Below are positions 53,101 to 61,129 of a DNA stretch of 64,000 bases, piece by piece. The notes beneath the pieces were generated by a model, which did not search any database, was not told the DNA's origin, and worked only from the letters and a program-made list of their open reading frames with translations. Source of the DNA: Felis catus (lineage: Eukaryota). Position 1 is the stretch's first letter; each line of letters opens with the position of its first letter. Location: contig NC_058383.1 of NCBI RefSeq assembly GCF_018350175.1, forward strand, positions 28,088,001 to 28,152,000, in the 5' to 3' direction. A program made the position numbers and the translations under genes.

Positions 53101-55643
53101 CTGACAGCCTGACAGCAGAGAGCCTGATACGGAGCCTGAACTCACAAACTGAGATCATGACCTGAGGTGAAGTCAGACGTTCAACCGACTGAGCCACCAA
53201 GGTACCCCTCTTGTGATCTCTTAAGAGAAGTAGATCTGGATTTTCATGTGAAATCTCACGACGTTGAATACTTCAATCAAGTCACTAAAAATGCCCCAGG
53301 GGGCTAAGGAAGAAGCCATCCTAGGACAGGAAAAGAAGTCCCCACTCCTGACCTCTAGAAGTCATTCTGCTGCCACTTAATGAATGAAACTACAAAAGCA
53401 GAGCTTCCTGAGGCAGATTCAAGAAAGGACACCTATTTTAAGAGAAATGACAGAAAACCTTAAGGTAGGTCCAACCAAGATAAATCCAATTTACTCTAAC
53501 GTAACAAGCAGGTGGGGGGCGCCTGGATGGCTCAGTCGGTTAAACTTCTGACTTTGGTTTAGGTCATGATCTCGTGGTTCATGGGTTCGAGCCTTGCTTC
53601 GGGCTCTGTGCTGACAGCTCGTAGCCTGGAGCCTGCTTCAGATTCTGTGTCTCCCTCTTTCTCTGCCCCTCCCCCGCTCGTACTCTGTCTCTCAAAAGTA
53701 TATAAAAAAGTGTATATATGTATATATAGTAGCAAACAGGAAAAAGCCCTGTTCCACACTAGAAATGTATCCTTAATATTTTAACAGTGTACGCACTCCA
53801 ACAATTTAAATTAATATTCAGCACACAATCTAATCCTTTACAGAGTATGTCTGGCTATTCATTTAACTTACCAAAACTCCACCCTAGGGGAGGCTCGATC
53901 TTCAGAATGAAATCTCCCTAAAGGGCGGGGGGGGGGGGGGGGGGGGGGGGGGAGGGGGGGAAGAAAAGGTAGAGGAATGAAAACCAATGACCTTTCAATT
54001 AGTTTAATTTACTTCAGGGCTACCATTTAATCTAGCATTTTCACACCTGCAATGAAATTCCACGTATAGGGGCGCCTGGGTGGCTCAGGCGGTTAAGCGT
54101 CCAACTCTTGATCTCAGCTCAGGTCATGATCTCACGGTCCATGGGTTTGAGCCCCACATCAGGCTCTGTGCTTACAGCATGGAGCCTGCTCGGAATTCTC
54201 TCTCCCTCCCTCTGCCCCTACCCCACTCGTGCTCTCTCTCTCTCTCAAAATAAATAAATAAACTTAAAAAAAAAAAGAAAAAGAAATTCCAAATATATAT
54301 TGTGTCCTTCTAAGTCGCTGTGGGCTGTCTGGTTCCCTTTGGATGTGGTGGGCTGAAGCTGGCTGCCCAGAAGTCCCCATCCAACCAATCACAAGACACC
54401 ATGTTAACGCCTATGGGAGAGTTCTAAAGGTGTTATGTTCAGCCACTCGCTGTCTTCTGATGCCAAACATGCGACTAATGGAGTCTCCCATTAACCTCGC
54501 CTACGTCCAAGGTTGCCAGGGTCATTGTGTATCTTTAGGAACAAAAGTCATTTCTTAAAACTAGATGTTACTCACACACCTTGCTTTCTTGAGAATGATA
54601 CGAATAGTTAAAAACAAAACAAACAAACAAACAAACAAAAAATGATTTTAAGACCAACCTATAGAAGTCAGCCTTACATACTGTGGTGAAAGATGTAATT
54701 TCTTTTTTTTTTTAATTTTTTTTTCAACTTTTTTTTTTTTTTTTTTTGGGGGGGGGACAGAGAGAGACAGAGCATGAACGGGGGAGGGGCAGAGAGAGAG
54801 GGAGACACAGAATCGGAAACAGGCTCCAGGCTCTGAGCCATCAGCCCAGAGCCCGACGCGGGGCTCGAACTCACAGACCGCGAGATCGTGACCTGGCTGA
54901 AGTCGGACGCTTAACCGACTGCGCCACCCAGGCGCCCCGAAAGATGTAATTTCAAGAATAGTGTTGTGTTATAATATTTTAAATTGGGAAAAGCCTCTAC
55001 GCCTATCAATAGAGACATGGTTACATAAATTGACAGTTTTGATTTGATTCTGATGTGCTATGCGGCCATTAAAAATAAATCAGTAGACCTGTACACGCTG
55101 ATGTTGAAAGTGTACCAAGATGTTACCATAGGGGAAAAAAATCAAACTGCAGAGTAATTCGTGTTGTTTAGTTCCATCCGATATAAAAAAACAAAGCCAA
55201 AGCTATGTGTACACACTGACTATTTTTTGCAACTTCCTGTGAACCTACGTTTCTAAATAAAACGTTGAAATGGGAAGGGTAACGAGGATGGGGTGTAAGT
55301 AGGTGTGGATACGCGTCTATGCACACACGCACATATGTGGGCATCTTTAGAATTATAAAATTTTATTTTTCTTAATGTTTATTTACTTTTTAAAAAAAAA
55401 ATTTTTTTTTTCAACGTTTATTTATTTTTGGGACAGAGAGAGACAGAGCATGAACGGGGGAGGGGCAGAGAGAGAGGGAGACACAGAATCGGAAACAGGC
55501 TCCAAGCTCTGAGCCATCAGCCCAGAGCCTGACGCGGGGCTCGAACTCACGGACCGCGAGATCGTGACCTGGCTGAAGTCGGACGCTTAACCGACTGCGC
55601 CACCCAGGCGCCCCAATGTTTATTTACTTTTGAGAGTGAGAGT

Positions 55644-55686
<43 letters not shown>

Positions 55687-58600
55687 TGAGCGAGCACGGT
55701 GGGAAGGGGCGGAGAGAGAGGGAGACACAGAACTGGAAACAGGCTCCAGGCTCTGAGATGTCAGCACAGAGCTTGATGTGATGCTCGAACCCACGAAGTC
55801 TAAGATCATGACCTGAGCCGAAGTCAGACACGTAACTGACTGAGCCACCCAGGCGCCCCTTTATAATTATAATACAGAGAAAGCTGTCTCTTGGGATACA
55901 CATCAAAACTATTACCAGTGGTCATCACTACAGAGGGATGAGAAATCGGGGGGCAAATGGATAAATTTACTTCAAATACTTCTAAAGACCTTATTTTGTT
56001 GTTTCCCACAAAGCTCACAAATTCGAGTATCACTTGCACAGTTTTTTTTAAACAATATTTTAAGCTGCTTGCAAATAAAGAGTTCCATTAAATCAGGGTT
56101 TCTGGATGTCGGCACTGCTGACGTTTGGTCCGTCCTGTGCAGCAGGGTCAGCTTCATTTCTGGCCTCTGCTCACTAGATAAAGACGCCCTCCCCCAACAC
56201 CAGACAGGTGTCACAACCAAAAATGTCTCTAGACATCGCCAGATGTCCCTGCAGAAGACACTGAGAACCACTGTTCGGTTTGTACTCAATCAAACCACTT
56301 TATAAATTGTCTCCCTCAAAACTTGGCCAGGACTGTAGATTCCACTTATAATTTACAAAAGAGACAAGCATTTGCTCATGTGCCAAATAAAGCCTGCTCT
56401 GGTTAGGGCGGTCCTGGAGGCCACACCACTTCCGATCATAAACGACTACAGTAGTCTCTCTTACCTTATCGTACAAGGGGATCATAAAGTAACCATTATT
56501 AGGGGCACAGTCTGTCTGGTATTTCAAAGTCCCGTGCTTGGTATACAACTTTATCTAGAAGGCAAGGAAAGAAGAAAAGTCATAATATAGCCTTTGAGGA
56601 TTAGCTACATTACACCACAATGCATGTGGCCAATATGCATTTGCTGAGGACCTACTATGTGCTGTGATGAACACCAGGCACTAAGGTCAGAGACAAATAA
56701 GACAAAGTATCCACGAAATAGTGTAATTAGATATTTTTTAGGTTAGAAACCCTCTAAAGACTACCCTGCAAAGTCATATTTTTCAATATTTTTCAGTGTA
56801 TTTTTAGCGGCTGTCTCTATGGATGTAAAACAAATTTTCCAATGTGCTATTAATAAGGTGCTTATTAAAATGCAATCCCCAAGCCCCACTTCTGTTTCTA
56901 AACCAGAAGGTCTTGGGTGGGGGGACAGGGACCTACATTCATCTCAAATGATTCCCAGTATTTGCAAGTTAACAGTCATCTAGGAATTTTTAATTTCCTC
57001 TTTTATTTTCATTCTTAGGCAAAAATAAATCAAAAGGCACTTAATGTGTGTCTTTTCAAGGGATCTCTAAAGTTCTTGTATCCTGGGCATTTCCAAATAC
57101 AATCTCTTAACCTTTTAAGACACTCAAGCAGCATCTGGGTTTTCCACATGCTGTGTGATAGTCATTTAACCTCCTGAGGTCCAGTTTCTTCATAAATACG
57201 AAAAGAGCCACTCCCCTTCGTGGTGATTATACAGACTCACATCAATGCATATCAAGCACCTGGCAGACAGCATGGCTCAAAAAAAAAAAAGTGTTCTTAT
57301 TATTTTACTATATTACTATGTGGTAGTACTAACTTCTCTCTGCCTTTACTTTTCTCTCGGAGCCCCAGGAAACTAAGTAGCACAAAGCCTTGCAAGGCAG
57401 CTTCTGAACTGGTCTGTGCCCACACACTGGGAGGCAACCCAAGAGGTGGCACCGGCACCCAGGAGAGCCCTAGAACCCTGCCATTGCCAGTGGGTTGACT
57501 CATTTAACACCTGACTTAGGATCAAAACTGGCAGAGAAGCGAGAGACAGAGGGGTCTTGCAGGTGATAATTATTTTCTTTAGTTAATACATGGTGCTGGA
57601 TTCTGCTTCTGTCTCAACACCCTCCTACAAGAACAAAAGCTGGGATTTGGAACAAGGCCAGGGCGACCCAGTGGCGTGTGGAATCTATTTTCTACCCCTC
57701 CCCAAAACCCATCTCAGCAACCAGATTTGTAGAATATACTGGTTCATTCCTTCACCACAGCCCTTCAGCTGCCAGCAATGGACTGGCTCAAATGTGCTTT
57801 CAGTCAGCCTTTGGGGTCTTAATCCCCCCAAAGTCCCTTCTCTTTGCCAGCTAATAGCCTCTTCCTTTTTTCTCTCTCTCTCCAATCCCCTTCTGCCCCA
57901 TCACAGTACCCTTCGAAGACAGAGGCCAGCCCTCCCTCAGGTCCCCTCCCATCTATCCTGACAAGTGACCTTACTTTTCACAAAAGCTTTCTGGGCCATA
58001 ATGCCACTGTATTGATAATCATGTAACTGCCTGGGGCTTTACAACTTAATAAAAGACTTCAGCTCAAATCTCCAGCATTAATTTCACTAGTTACCCAGAA
58101 AGACATTCAGGGCAGCTGCCAACTCTCCATTTTTAAAGGAAAAGGAGTCCCGGGGTGGGGGGATATCGGGAAAGATTAAAAATACGTATTCCCAGCCCCA
58201 GAGATGCCAACAGAGATCTACCCGGACAGGATCTTTGGGATGGGAATCAGTGCTCTCTAAAAGCATCCCTGGGGGGTTTCGAGGAGTGGATTAGAACTTT
58301 TGGGGGCTCTGAGACGTGGGGTACATACCTCTAGGTCCCCAACCCCACTCCGTAGCTGACCCCACGATAGGAACCCCCACCCCAGCGCGACGGGGAGGGC
58401 ATGGGATGGTGGAGAGCCCGCGGGGGGCGGAGTCTTCAAGGAGGCAAGGACTCCTAGAACGTGGGGCAGGTGGCAACCGCCTGGCGTTTGAGGCGAGGCC
58501 ACCGCAGCCCAGACAGGTTGAGTGACTGGCTCAGGGTCACACAGCGAGCTCCGGTCCCGGCCGCGGGGCGGGCGCTCACCTCGATGAGCGAGTAGTTGAT

Positions 58601-58744
58601 CTCCACGTCCGACTTGACGAAGCCCCCGCAGCCCACCACGATGTCCTCGGAGGCGCGTGCCGGACCCACGCCACTCAGCAGCAGCACCACAGCGGCGGCC
58701 ACCACCACTGGCCCCGGCGGCCCCAAGCCCCCGCACGCCCGCAT
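2944..58744 (-). CDS. NOMO1: NOMO1, nodal modulator 1 (ER type I membrane protein, BOS complex with NCLN/TMEM147); span of 31 coding exons, 1222 aa
   Basis: 31 exons located by translation and GT-AG boundaries. Lengths sum to 3669 nt with consistent phases. Signal peptide at the N-terminus, single TM in exon 30, C-terminus KKQKTRRT*. Confidence 0.98.
3334..5838 (+). mobile_element. 5'-truncated LINE-1 (carnivore type), decayed ORF2 3' half + 3'UTR + A-rich tail, antisense within NOMO1 intron 30
   Basis: ORF fragments 3310-3675, 3883-4083, 4166-4351 and 4909-5286 encode L1 ORF2 motifs ([50 protein letters not shown]), broken by stops and frameshifts. Degenerate TSD 3319-3333 / 5839-5853. Confidence 0.95.
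4350..4563 (-). mobile_element. CanSINE inserted in the L1
   Basis: Full SINE on the minus strand; TSD ctggacca(t/c)tttct. Confidence 0.92.
5995..6087 (-). CDS. NOMO1: NOMO1 exon 30 ([31 protein letters not shown]; transmembrane helix)
   Basis: 93 nt; CAG / GTAGGA. Confidence 0.96.
7398..7464 (+). mobile_element. Extremely 5'-truncated feline L1 3' terminus
   Basis: GGGATGAATACTGGGTGTTCTATGGAAACCAACTTGACAATAAATTTCATATA(n); 10-bp TSD GAAAGAATCA. Confidence 0.85.
8650..9470 (+). mobile_element. Ancient L1M fragment
   Basis: Decayed ORF2 end / 3'UTR motifs (gctggtgggaatgcaaatagtacagcc, gatccagcaact). Confidence 0.6.
10359..10478 (-). CDS. NOMO1: NOMO1 exon 29 ([17 protein letters not shown]...VFNPT)
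   Basis: 120 nt; CAG / GTAAGG. Confidence 0.96.
11105..11330 (+). mobile_element. CanSINE
   Basis: GGGGCGCCTGG head, (CT)n, AATAAA, A tail. Confidence 0.9.
11868..11918. repeat. (CA)n microsatellite, ~25 units
   Basis: Directly visible. Confidence 0.97.
12184..12285 (-). CDS. NOMO1: NOMO1 exon 28 ([10 protein letters not shown]...PLLRDGQ)
   Basis: 102 nt; CAG / GTAACT. Confidence 0.96.
13940..14050 (-). CDS. NOMO1: NOMO1 exon 27 ([16 protein letters not shown]...EYLPTLW)
   Basis: 111 nt; CAG / GTAAGG. Confidence 0.96.
15192..15275 (-). CDS. NOMO1: NOMO1 exon 26 ([28 protein letters not shown])
   Basis: 84 nt; CAG / GTAAGG. Confidence 0.96.
15696..15910 (+). mobile_element. CanSINE
   Basis: Head, CT-rich body and tail; TSD ~aaaaaa(c/t)ttgttct. 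Confidence 0.9.
18041..18238 (-). mobile_element. CanSINE
   Basis: Reverse-complement SINE. Confidence 0.9.
18440..18850. mobile_element. MER102/Charlie-like hAT relic (related fragments near 13100-13400, 14150-14420, 51370-51430, 53220-53290)
   Basis: aattagttgttaaca...ggagctttcacacggaaatc...ggatctggca motif recurs in diverged form. Confidence 0.5.
19129..19270 (-). CDS. NOMO1: NOMO1 exon 25 ([15 protein letters not shown]...RLRGLL)
   Basis: 142 nt; TAG / GTGAGA. Confidence 0.96.
20230..20357 (-). CDS. NOMO1: NOMO1 exon 24 ([18 protein letters not shown]...GYRTAY)
   Basis: 128 nt; CAG / GTACGC. Confidence 0.96.
21236..21349 (-). CDS. NOMO1: NOMO1 exon 23 ([19 protein letters not shown]...LTFSNL)
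   Basis: 114 nt; CAG / GTAAAG. Confidence 0.96.
22251..22458 (+). mobile_element. CanSINE
   Basis: GGGGCGCCTGGGTGGCTCAG head; TSD ~aaatg(a/c)atcctg. Confidence 0.9.
23033..23159 (-). CDS. NOMO1: NOMO1 exon 22 ([10 protein letters not shown]...LAGVSFE)
   Basis: 127 nt; TAG / GTAACC. Confidence 0.96.
23273..23432 (-). CDS. NOMO1: NOMO1 exon 21 ([11 protein letters not shown]...TDDKGAY)
   Basis: 160 nt; TAG / GTAAGC. Confidence 0.96.
24118..24340 (+). mobile_element. CanSINE
   Basis: Head, body and (TAAA)n tail. Confidence 0.9.
24547..24629 (-). CDS. NOMO1: NOMO1 exon 20 ([27 protein letters not shown])
   Basis: 83 nt after a 90-nt intron; TAG / GTAAGT. Confidence 0.96.
24720..24938 (-). 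CDS. NOMO1: NOMO1 exon 19 ([16 protein letters not shown]...FSYWAR; charged, coiled-coil-like stretch)
   Basis: 219 nt; CAG / GTGAGC. Confidence 0.96.
27366..27461 (-). CDS. NOMO1: NOMO1 exon 18 ([17 protein letters not shown]...VTVTIK)
   Basis: 96 nt; TAG / GTAAGA. Confidence 0.96.
28047..28110 (-). CDS. NOMO1: NOMO1 exon 17 ([21 protein letters not shown])
   Basis: 64 nt; CAG / GTAAGC. Confidence 0.96.
28960..29670 (+). mobile_element. Ancient L1M 3' fragment
   Basis: aagccacaatgagacgccacttta..cccaccaggatggctaaaatcaaaaag; gcaattccacccctggg; aagacttgcacacaaatgttcacagca. Confidence 0.75.
30052..30139 (-). CDS. NOMO1: NOMO1 exon 16 ([30 protein letters not shown])
   Basis: 88 nt; TAG / GTGAGT. 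Confidence 0.96.
30320..30845. mobile_element. L2 relic (others near 25240-25850, 38640-39300, 41570-42400, 43100-43700)
   Basis: tatttattgagcacctgctatgtgacag; tcctgctctcaaggggcttacgttcta. Confidence 0.6.
31265..31480 (+). mobile_element. CanSINE
   Basis: Canonical head and body. Confidence 0.9.
31853..31989 (-). CDS. NOMO1: NOMO1 exon 15 ([10 protein letters not shown]...LSHAITL)
   Basis: 137 nt; CAG / GTATGA. Confidence 0.96.
32088..32143. repeat. (CA)n microsatellite with one CG interruption
   Basis: Directly visible, ~100 nt from the exon 15 acceptor. Confidence 0.97.
32257..32455. mobile_element. MER58A-like hAT relic
   Basis: aaactttttct..aagggccag ... tcaactctgcc ... ggctgtgtt..aataaaactttat; a similar copy at ~63830-64000. 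Confidence 0.65.
33038..33169 (-). CDS. NOMO1: NOMO1 exon 14 ([10 protein letters not shown]...VLPGKYK)
   Basis: 132 nt; CAG / GTAAGA. Confidence 0.96.
33548..33760 (+). mobile_element. CanSINE lacking the A-rich tail
   Basis: Head and (CT)n present, AATAAA tail absent. Confidence 0.88.
34395..34536 (-). CDS. NOMO1: NOMO1 exon 13 ([11 protein letters not shown]...GKVSCL)
   Basis: 142 nt; CAG / GTAAGA. Confidence 0.96.
34722..34960 (-). mobile_element. CanSINE
   Basis: Perfect TSD aagaacacacatttct on both sides. Confidence 0.93.
36169..36343 (-). CDS. NOMO1: NOMO1 exon 12 ([10 protein letters not shown]...KPGTYKVQ)
   Basis: 175 nt; CAG / GTATGA. Confidence 0.96.
37790..38013 (-). mobile_element. 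CanSINE (older, diverged)
   Basis: Reverse-complement SINE. Confidence 0.85.
40570..40765 (-). mobile_element. CanSINE
   Basis: TSD agcactaa(c/t)ct. Confidence 0.88.
40925..41075 (-). CDS. NOMO1: NOMO1 exon 11 ([12 protein letters not shown]...ADIIATG)
   Basis: 151 nt; TAG / GTAAGG. Confidence 0.96.
41265..41370 (-). CDS. NOMO1: NOMO1 exon 10 ([17 protein letters not shown]...NNQIK)
   Basis: 106 nt; CAG / GTCAGC. Confidence 0.95.
43937..44026 (-). CDS. NOMO1: NOMO1 exon 9 ([30 protein letters not shown])
   Basis: 90 nt; TAG / GTAAGA. Confidence 0.96.
44362..44499 (-). CDS. NOMO1: NOMO1 exon 8 ([10 protein letters not shown]...LPSGDYTV)
   Basis: 138 nt; CAG / GTGAGT. Confidence 0.96.
45057..45209 (-). 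CDS. NOMO1: NOMO1 exon 7 ([10 protein letters not shown]...FSSVVSKE)
   Basis: 153 nt; TAG / GTAAGT; overlaps ORF 44973..45197. Confidence 0.96.
45299..45488 (+). mobile_element. CanSINE
   Basis: Head and CT-rich body, ~90 nt from the exon 7 acceptor. Confidence 0.87.
46173..46395 (+). mobile_element. CanSINE
   Basis: Head, body and tail; TSD ~acagtctc. Confidence 0.9.
46823..47052 (-). mobile_element. CanSINE
   Basis: Reverse-complement SINE; TSD ~aactt(t/c)atgttt. Confidence 0.9.
47608..47680 (-). CDS. NOMO1: NOMO1 exon 6 ([24 protein letters not shown])
   Basis: 73 nt; TAG / GTGAGT. Confidence 0.96.
49499..49605 (-). CDS. NOMO1: NOMO1 exon 5 ([36 protein letters not shown])
   Basis: 107 nt; CAG / GTGAGT. 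Confidence 0.96.
50574..50674 (-). CDS. NOMO1: NOMO1 exon 4 ([34 protein letters not shown])
   Basis: 101 nt; CAG acceptor, GTTTGG donor. Confidence 0.95.
51492..51689 (+). mobile_element. CanSINE
   Basis: Perfect 16-bp TSD taaaaggttaggaaga (51476-51491 / 51690-51705). Confidence 0.93.
53002..53208 (-). mobile_element. CanSINE
   Basis: TSD tcttgtgatct. Confidence 0.9.
53516..53727 (+). mobile_element. CanSINE
   Basis: Canonical head and body. Confidence 0.9.
53872..53917 (-). CDS. NOMO1: NOMO1 exon 3 ([15 protein letters not shown])
   Basis: 46 nt; TTTAG acceptor after a poly-C tract, GTAAGT donor. Confidence 0.96.
53927..53960. repeat. G26-A-G7 homopolymer
   Basis: Directly visible. Confidence 0.95.
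54068..54280 (+). mobile_element. CanSINE
   Basis: TSD ~gaaattcca. Confidence 0.9.
54703..54938 (-). mobile_element. Young feline CanSINE
   Basis: Perfect 15-bp TSD gaaagatgtaatttc; CpGs intact. Confidence 0.94.
55359..55859 (-). mobile_element. Older CanSINE (host of the nested SINE)
   Basis: Body at 55615-55859; outer TSD cttta(g/t)aattataa. Confidence 0.88.
55391..55614 (-). mobile_element. Young feline CanSINE nested in the tail of an older SINE
   Basis: Perfect 17-bp TSD aatgtttatttactttt. Confidence 0.94.
56092..56273. mobile_element. MER20-like hAT DNA transposon relic
   Basis: Recalled MER20 motifs: gtcacaaccaaaaatgtctctagacatcgccagatgtccc ... gagaaccactg. Confidence 0.7.
56465..56554 (-). 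CDS. NOMO1: NOMO1 exon 2 ([30 protein letters not shown])
   Basis: 90 nt; TAG acceptor, GTAAGA donor. Confidence 0.97.
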
Positions 58745-58990
58745 GGCCGGGCCTCTGCCGCCCGACCCTTCGCAGGCCTCCAGGTCCCGCCCCTAGCTCC
58801 GCGCGCTGCCCGCTGCTTCCTCCTCGGCCCGCCGCTGACAGCCCAGGCCCCGCCCCGGCGCTGCTGCGCGTGCGTGCTCCGGCGCCACGCCCCCTCGCCA
58901 GACAGGCTAACTACAGCGCATGCTCAACAACAAAACCAGACCATTAGTGCCCTACGGTGGCCTGGAGGACTCCGCGCACCGTCTGTCAGG
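58380..58990 (-). promoter_or_regulatory. CpG island / TATA-less NOMO1 promoter with GC boxes and NRF1-like motifs
   Basis: Dense CpG around exon 1; CCCCGCCCC ~58847, CCACGCCCC ~58885, TGCGCGTGCGT 58865-58875, GCGCATGC 58916-58923. Confidence 0.8.
58580..58744 (-). CDS. NOMO1: NOMO1 exon 1 coding part (signal peptide MRACGGLG...[27 protein letters not shown])
   Basis: 165 nt; GCCATG start context; donor GTGAGC. Confidence 0.96.
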
Positions 58991-61129
58991 TGCAGTTGCA
59001 AGGTGCCTGATTACAGTCACAAACTCCAAAGTTGAATTATGCTTTGGAATTCAATATCGCTGAAACCGGAAACGACAAGAGACTATTGATTTAAGTATCC
59101 AACTACTCCCCCGAATGTTTTTGGCACATGTATTTCACAGGTGATATATAATCTCAAAACCCCGTTTAGGAATTTGAGTCAGTGCATTTTTCCATTATAA
59201 ATAATCAGTACTTTTTAAAAAAAGCAATACATAGGCCATTTAAGGTAAGCATTATGTTTTTTAAAAAAGGGTATTTGAAATTTACTTTTAATCCCAGTTC
59301 TAATAACATTTGTGTAGAAACAAACTTGAGGGTTTTTCTTCCATAAGCAAGAGATGCAAACAGTTAATTTACTTTGAATTGTCTGTGATTTGAAGCATGG
59401 TTTGTCAGAAAACAAGTTCAAATCTCAGTACGTTGTGCTTTGCCCCAAGATTATACATATACTATGACAAAAACTGAATTTAACTGCAAGTTACCACATC
59501 AAAAGAGACAAAAATTGCTTTTCTGACCTGATATTGGAATTCTTCCATTTTGCCCTAAAAGAGAATCAAGCCCTTTATTTTGATAGTTTTTATATTTTAT
59601 TTCTAAACAACCAGGTAAGAGAGAAAATTTCCCATTAGAATTTATCATTGTGACCAAGACTTAAGCAATATACAACTATGAATCATAGGGAGTTTAGACC
59701 ATGCAATGGTTAAAACCTTCATGGGTCCTATAATGGAATGATACATCCCCCAAGGATCTCAGTCATGAGCACATCTGATTTCAGTTTCTCACTCTGCACT
59801 CTCACTGGAAATACAGTGGAATTCTCAACTATTTGGTTATAGAGAGAATCTAGCTTAATATTTATTTCATTTATTGGGTATTTATAACTACAACTGAAAC
59901 AGATGCCCTTTCCTCTCCCTAGCATGAGTCCCTGGTTTGTCTTAGCAAGTCTGCATGGGGCTGAAAGCCACCAATTAGAAATGCTGACCCATGGAACCTT
60001 CTCACCTTACAGAATGGGAAACTGAGGCTGAGAGGGGGAAAGGGACTAGTTTAGGGCTCTGCATTCAGCCCTGTACTGTTCAGAGGACTGGGTTCTGTTC
60101 TTGGCTCACCCAACTGATTTCCTCTGTGTTCTTCCTTACTTTCTGACCATTCCCCCAAAATTCCCACCATTCCCCACAAATTCATCTTCACATATACAAT
60201 AAAATAAACACTAGGGCTGTGGCAATGCCTATCAGAGGTGGGGTCACATGGGGTCACAGTAAGAGAGGCCTCCCCCTAATTTCCATCAGCCTCCACCAAG
60301 ATCACCTCAAATAAACAGACATAATTTATAAATGTGAACAGCAGACCTGCCACACTCAGCTTCAAAACTGAGTTTGTTCTCTGTGTCCCTGCTCTTCCAG
60401 AAGACCCAGGCTGGAGGACAGCTGAAGGCATACTGACTTGGGCCCCAGGCCAGGGTTGGGAAAGGGGAGAGCCCACACAGGGAAGGCCATGCGAGAAGTG
60501 GCATTCAAGAGCTGCAGAGAAGTGACAGGGCAATGTGGAGAATGCACAGAGTCTGACTGCTTCCTCCAAACTGAGTACCTGTGTTTGCCTGTCTGAAAAA
60601 GCTGTCTTTTCATTTCTATCTTGAAAAGAATACATGCTCGTGGCAGAAAGAAAGAAAACAGAAAAAGGAAAGGAAAAAGAAAAGAAAAAAGAGGATTTCC
60701 ATGATCACTGCTGGACTGCACGTTCGTTTTTAAAATCTATGCATACATGTTGCATAAAGGGTTTCCCAAAAAGAGCTACTGTCTGGGAACACACCTTGCT
60801 TTAACACCCAGGAGAGGAAGGCCAAGATTTGACTTCCTTCTCCCCCTTTCCCCAACCTAAGCATATACTTTTTTTTTTGCATAAATATTATAGCCTATTT
60901 TGTATTATAATCTTGTTTTCATTTAGCGTTTAGCAACTAACTTTCCATATTATATTTCTGAAATGGCACAGTGAACCACTGCTTAGTAACCTATGGATAA
61001 CATAACATTACTAATACTAATAATCGCTAACTCATTGAGCATTTACTGTGTTCTTGGCACTGTGCTAAACTCTTTATTAGTAATCTTAATATCTTCCCAC
61101 CACCCTACAGGCAGACAGTGTCCATCCCA

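Noticed and set aside
18050..55430. AATAAA in sense-oriented intronic SINE tails as premature polyA sites
   Set aside because: Generic to all CanSINEs; nothing in the sequence singles any out as used
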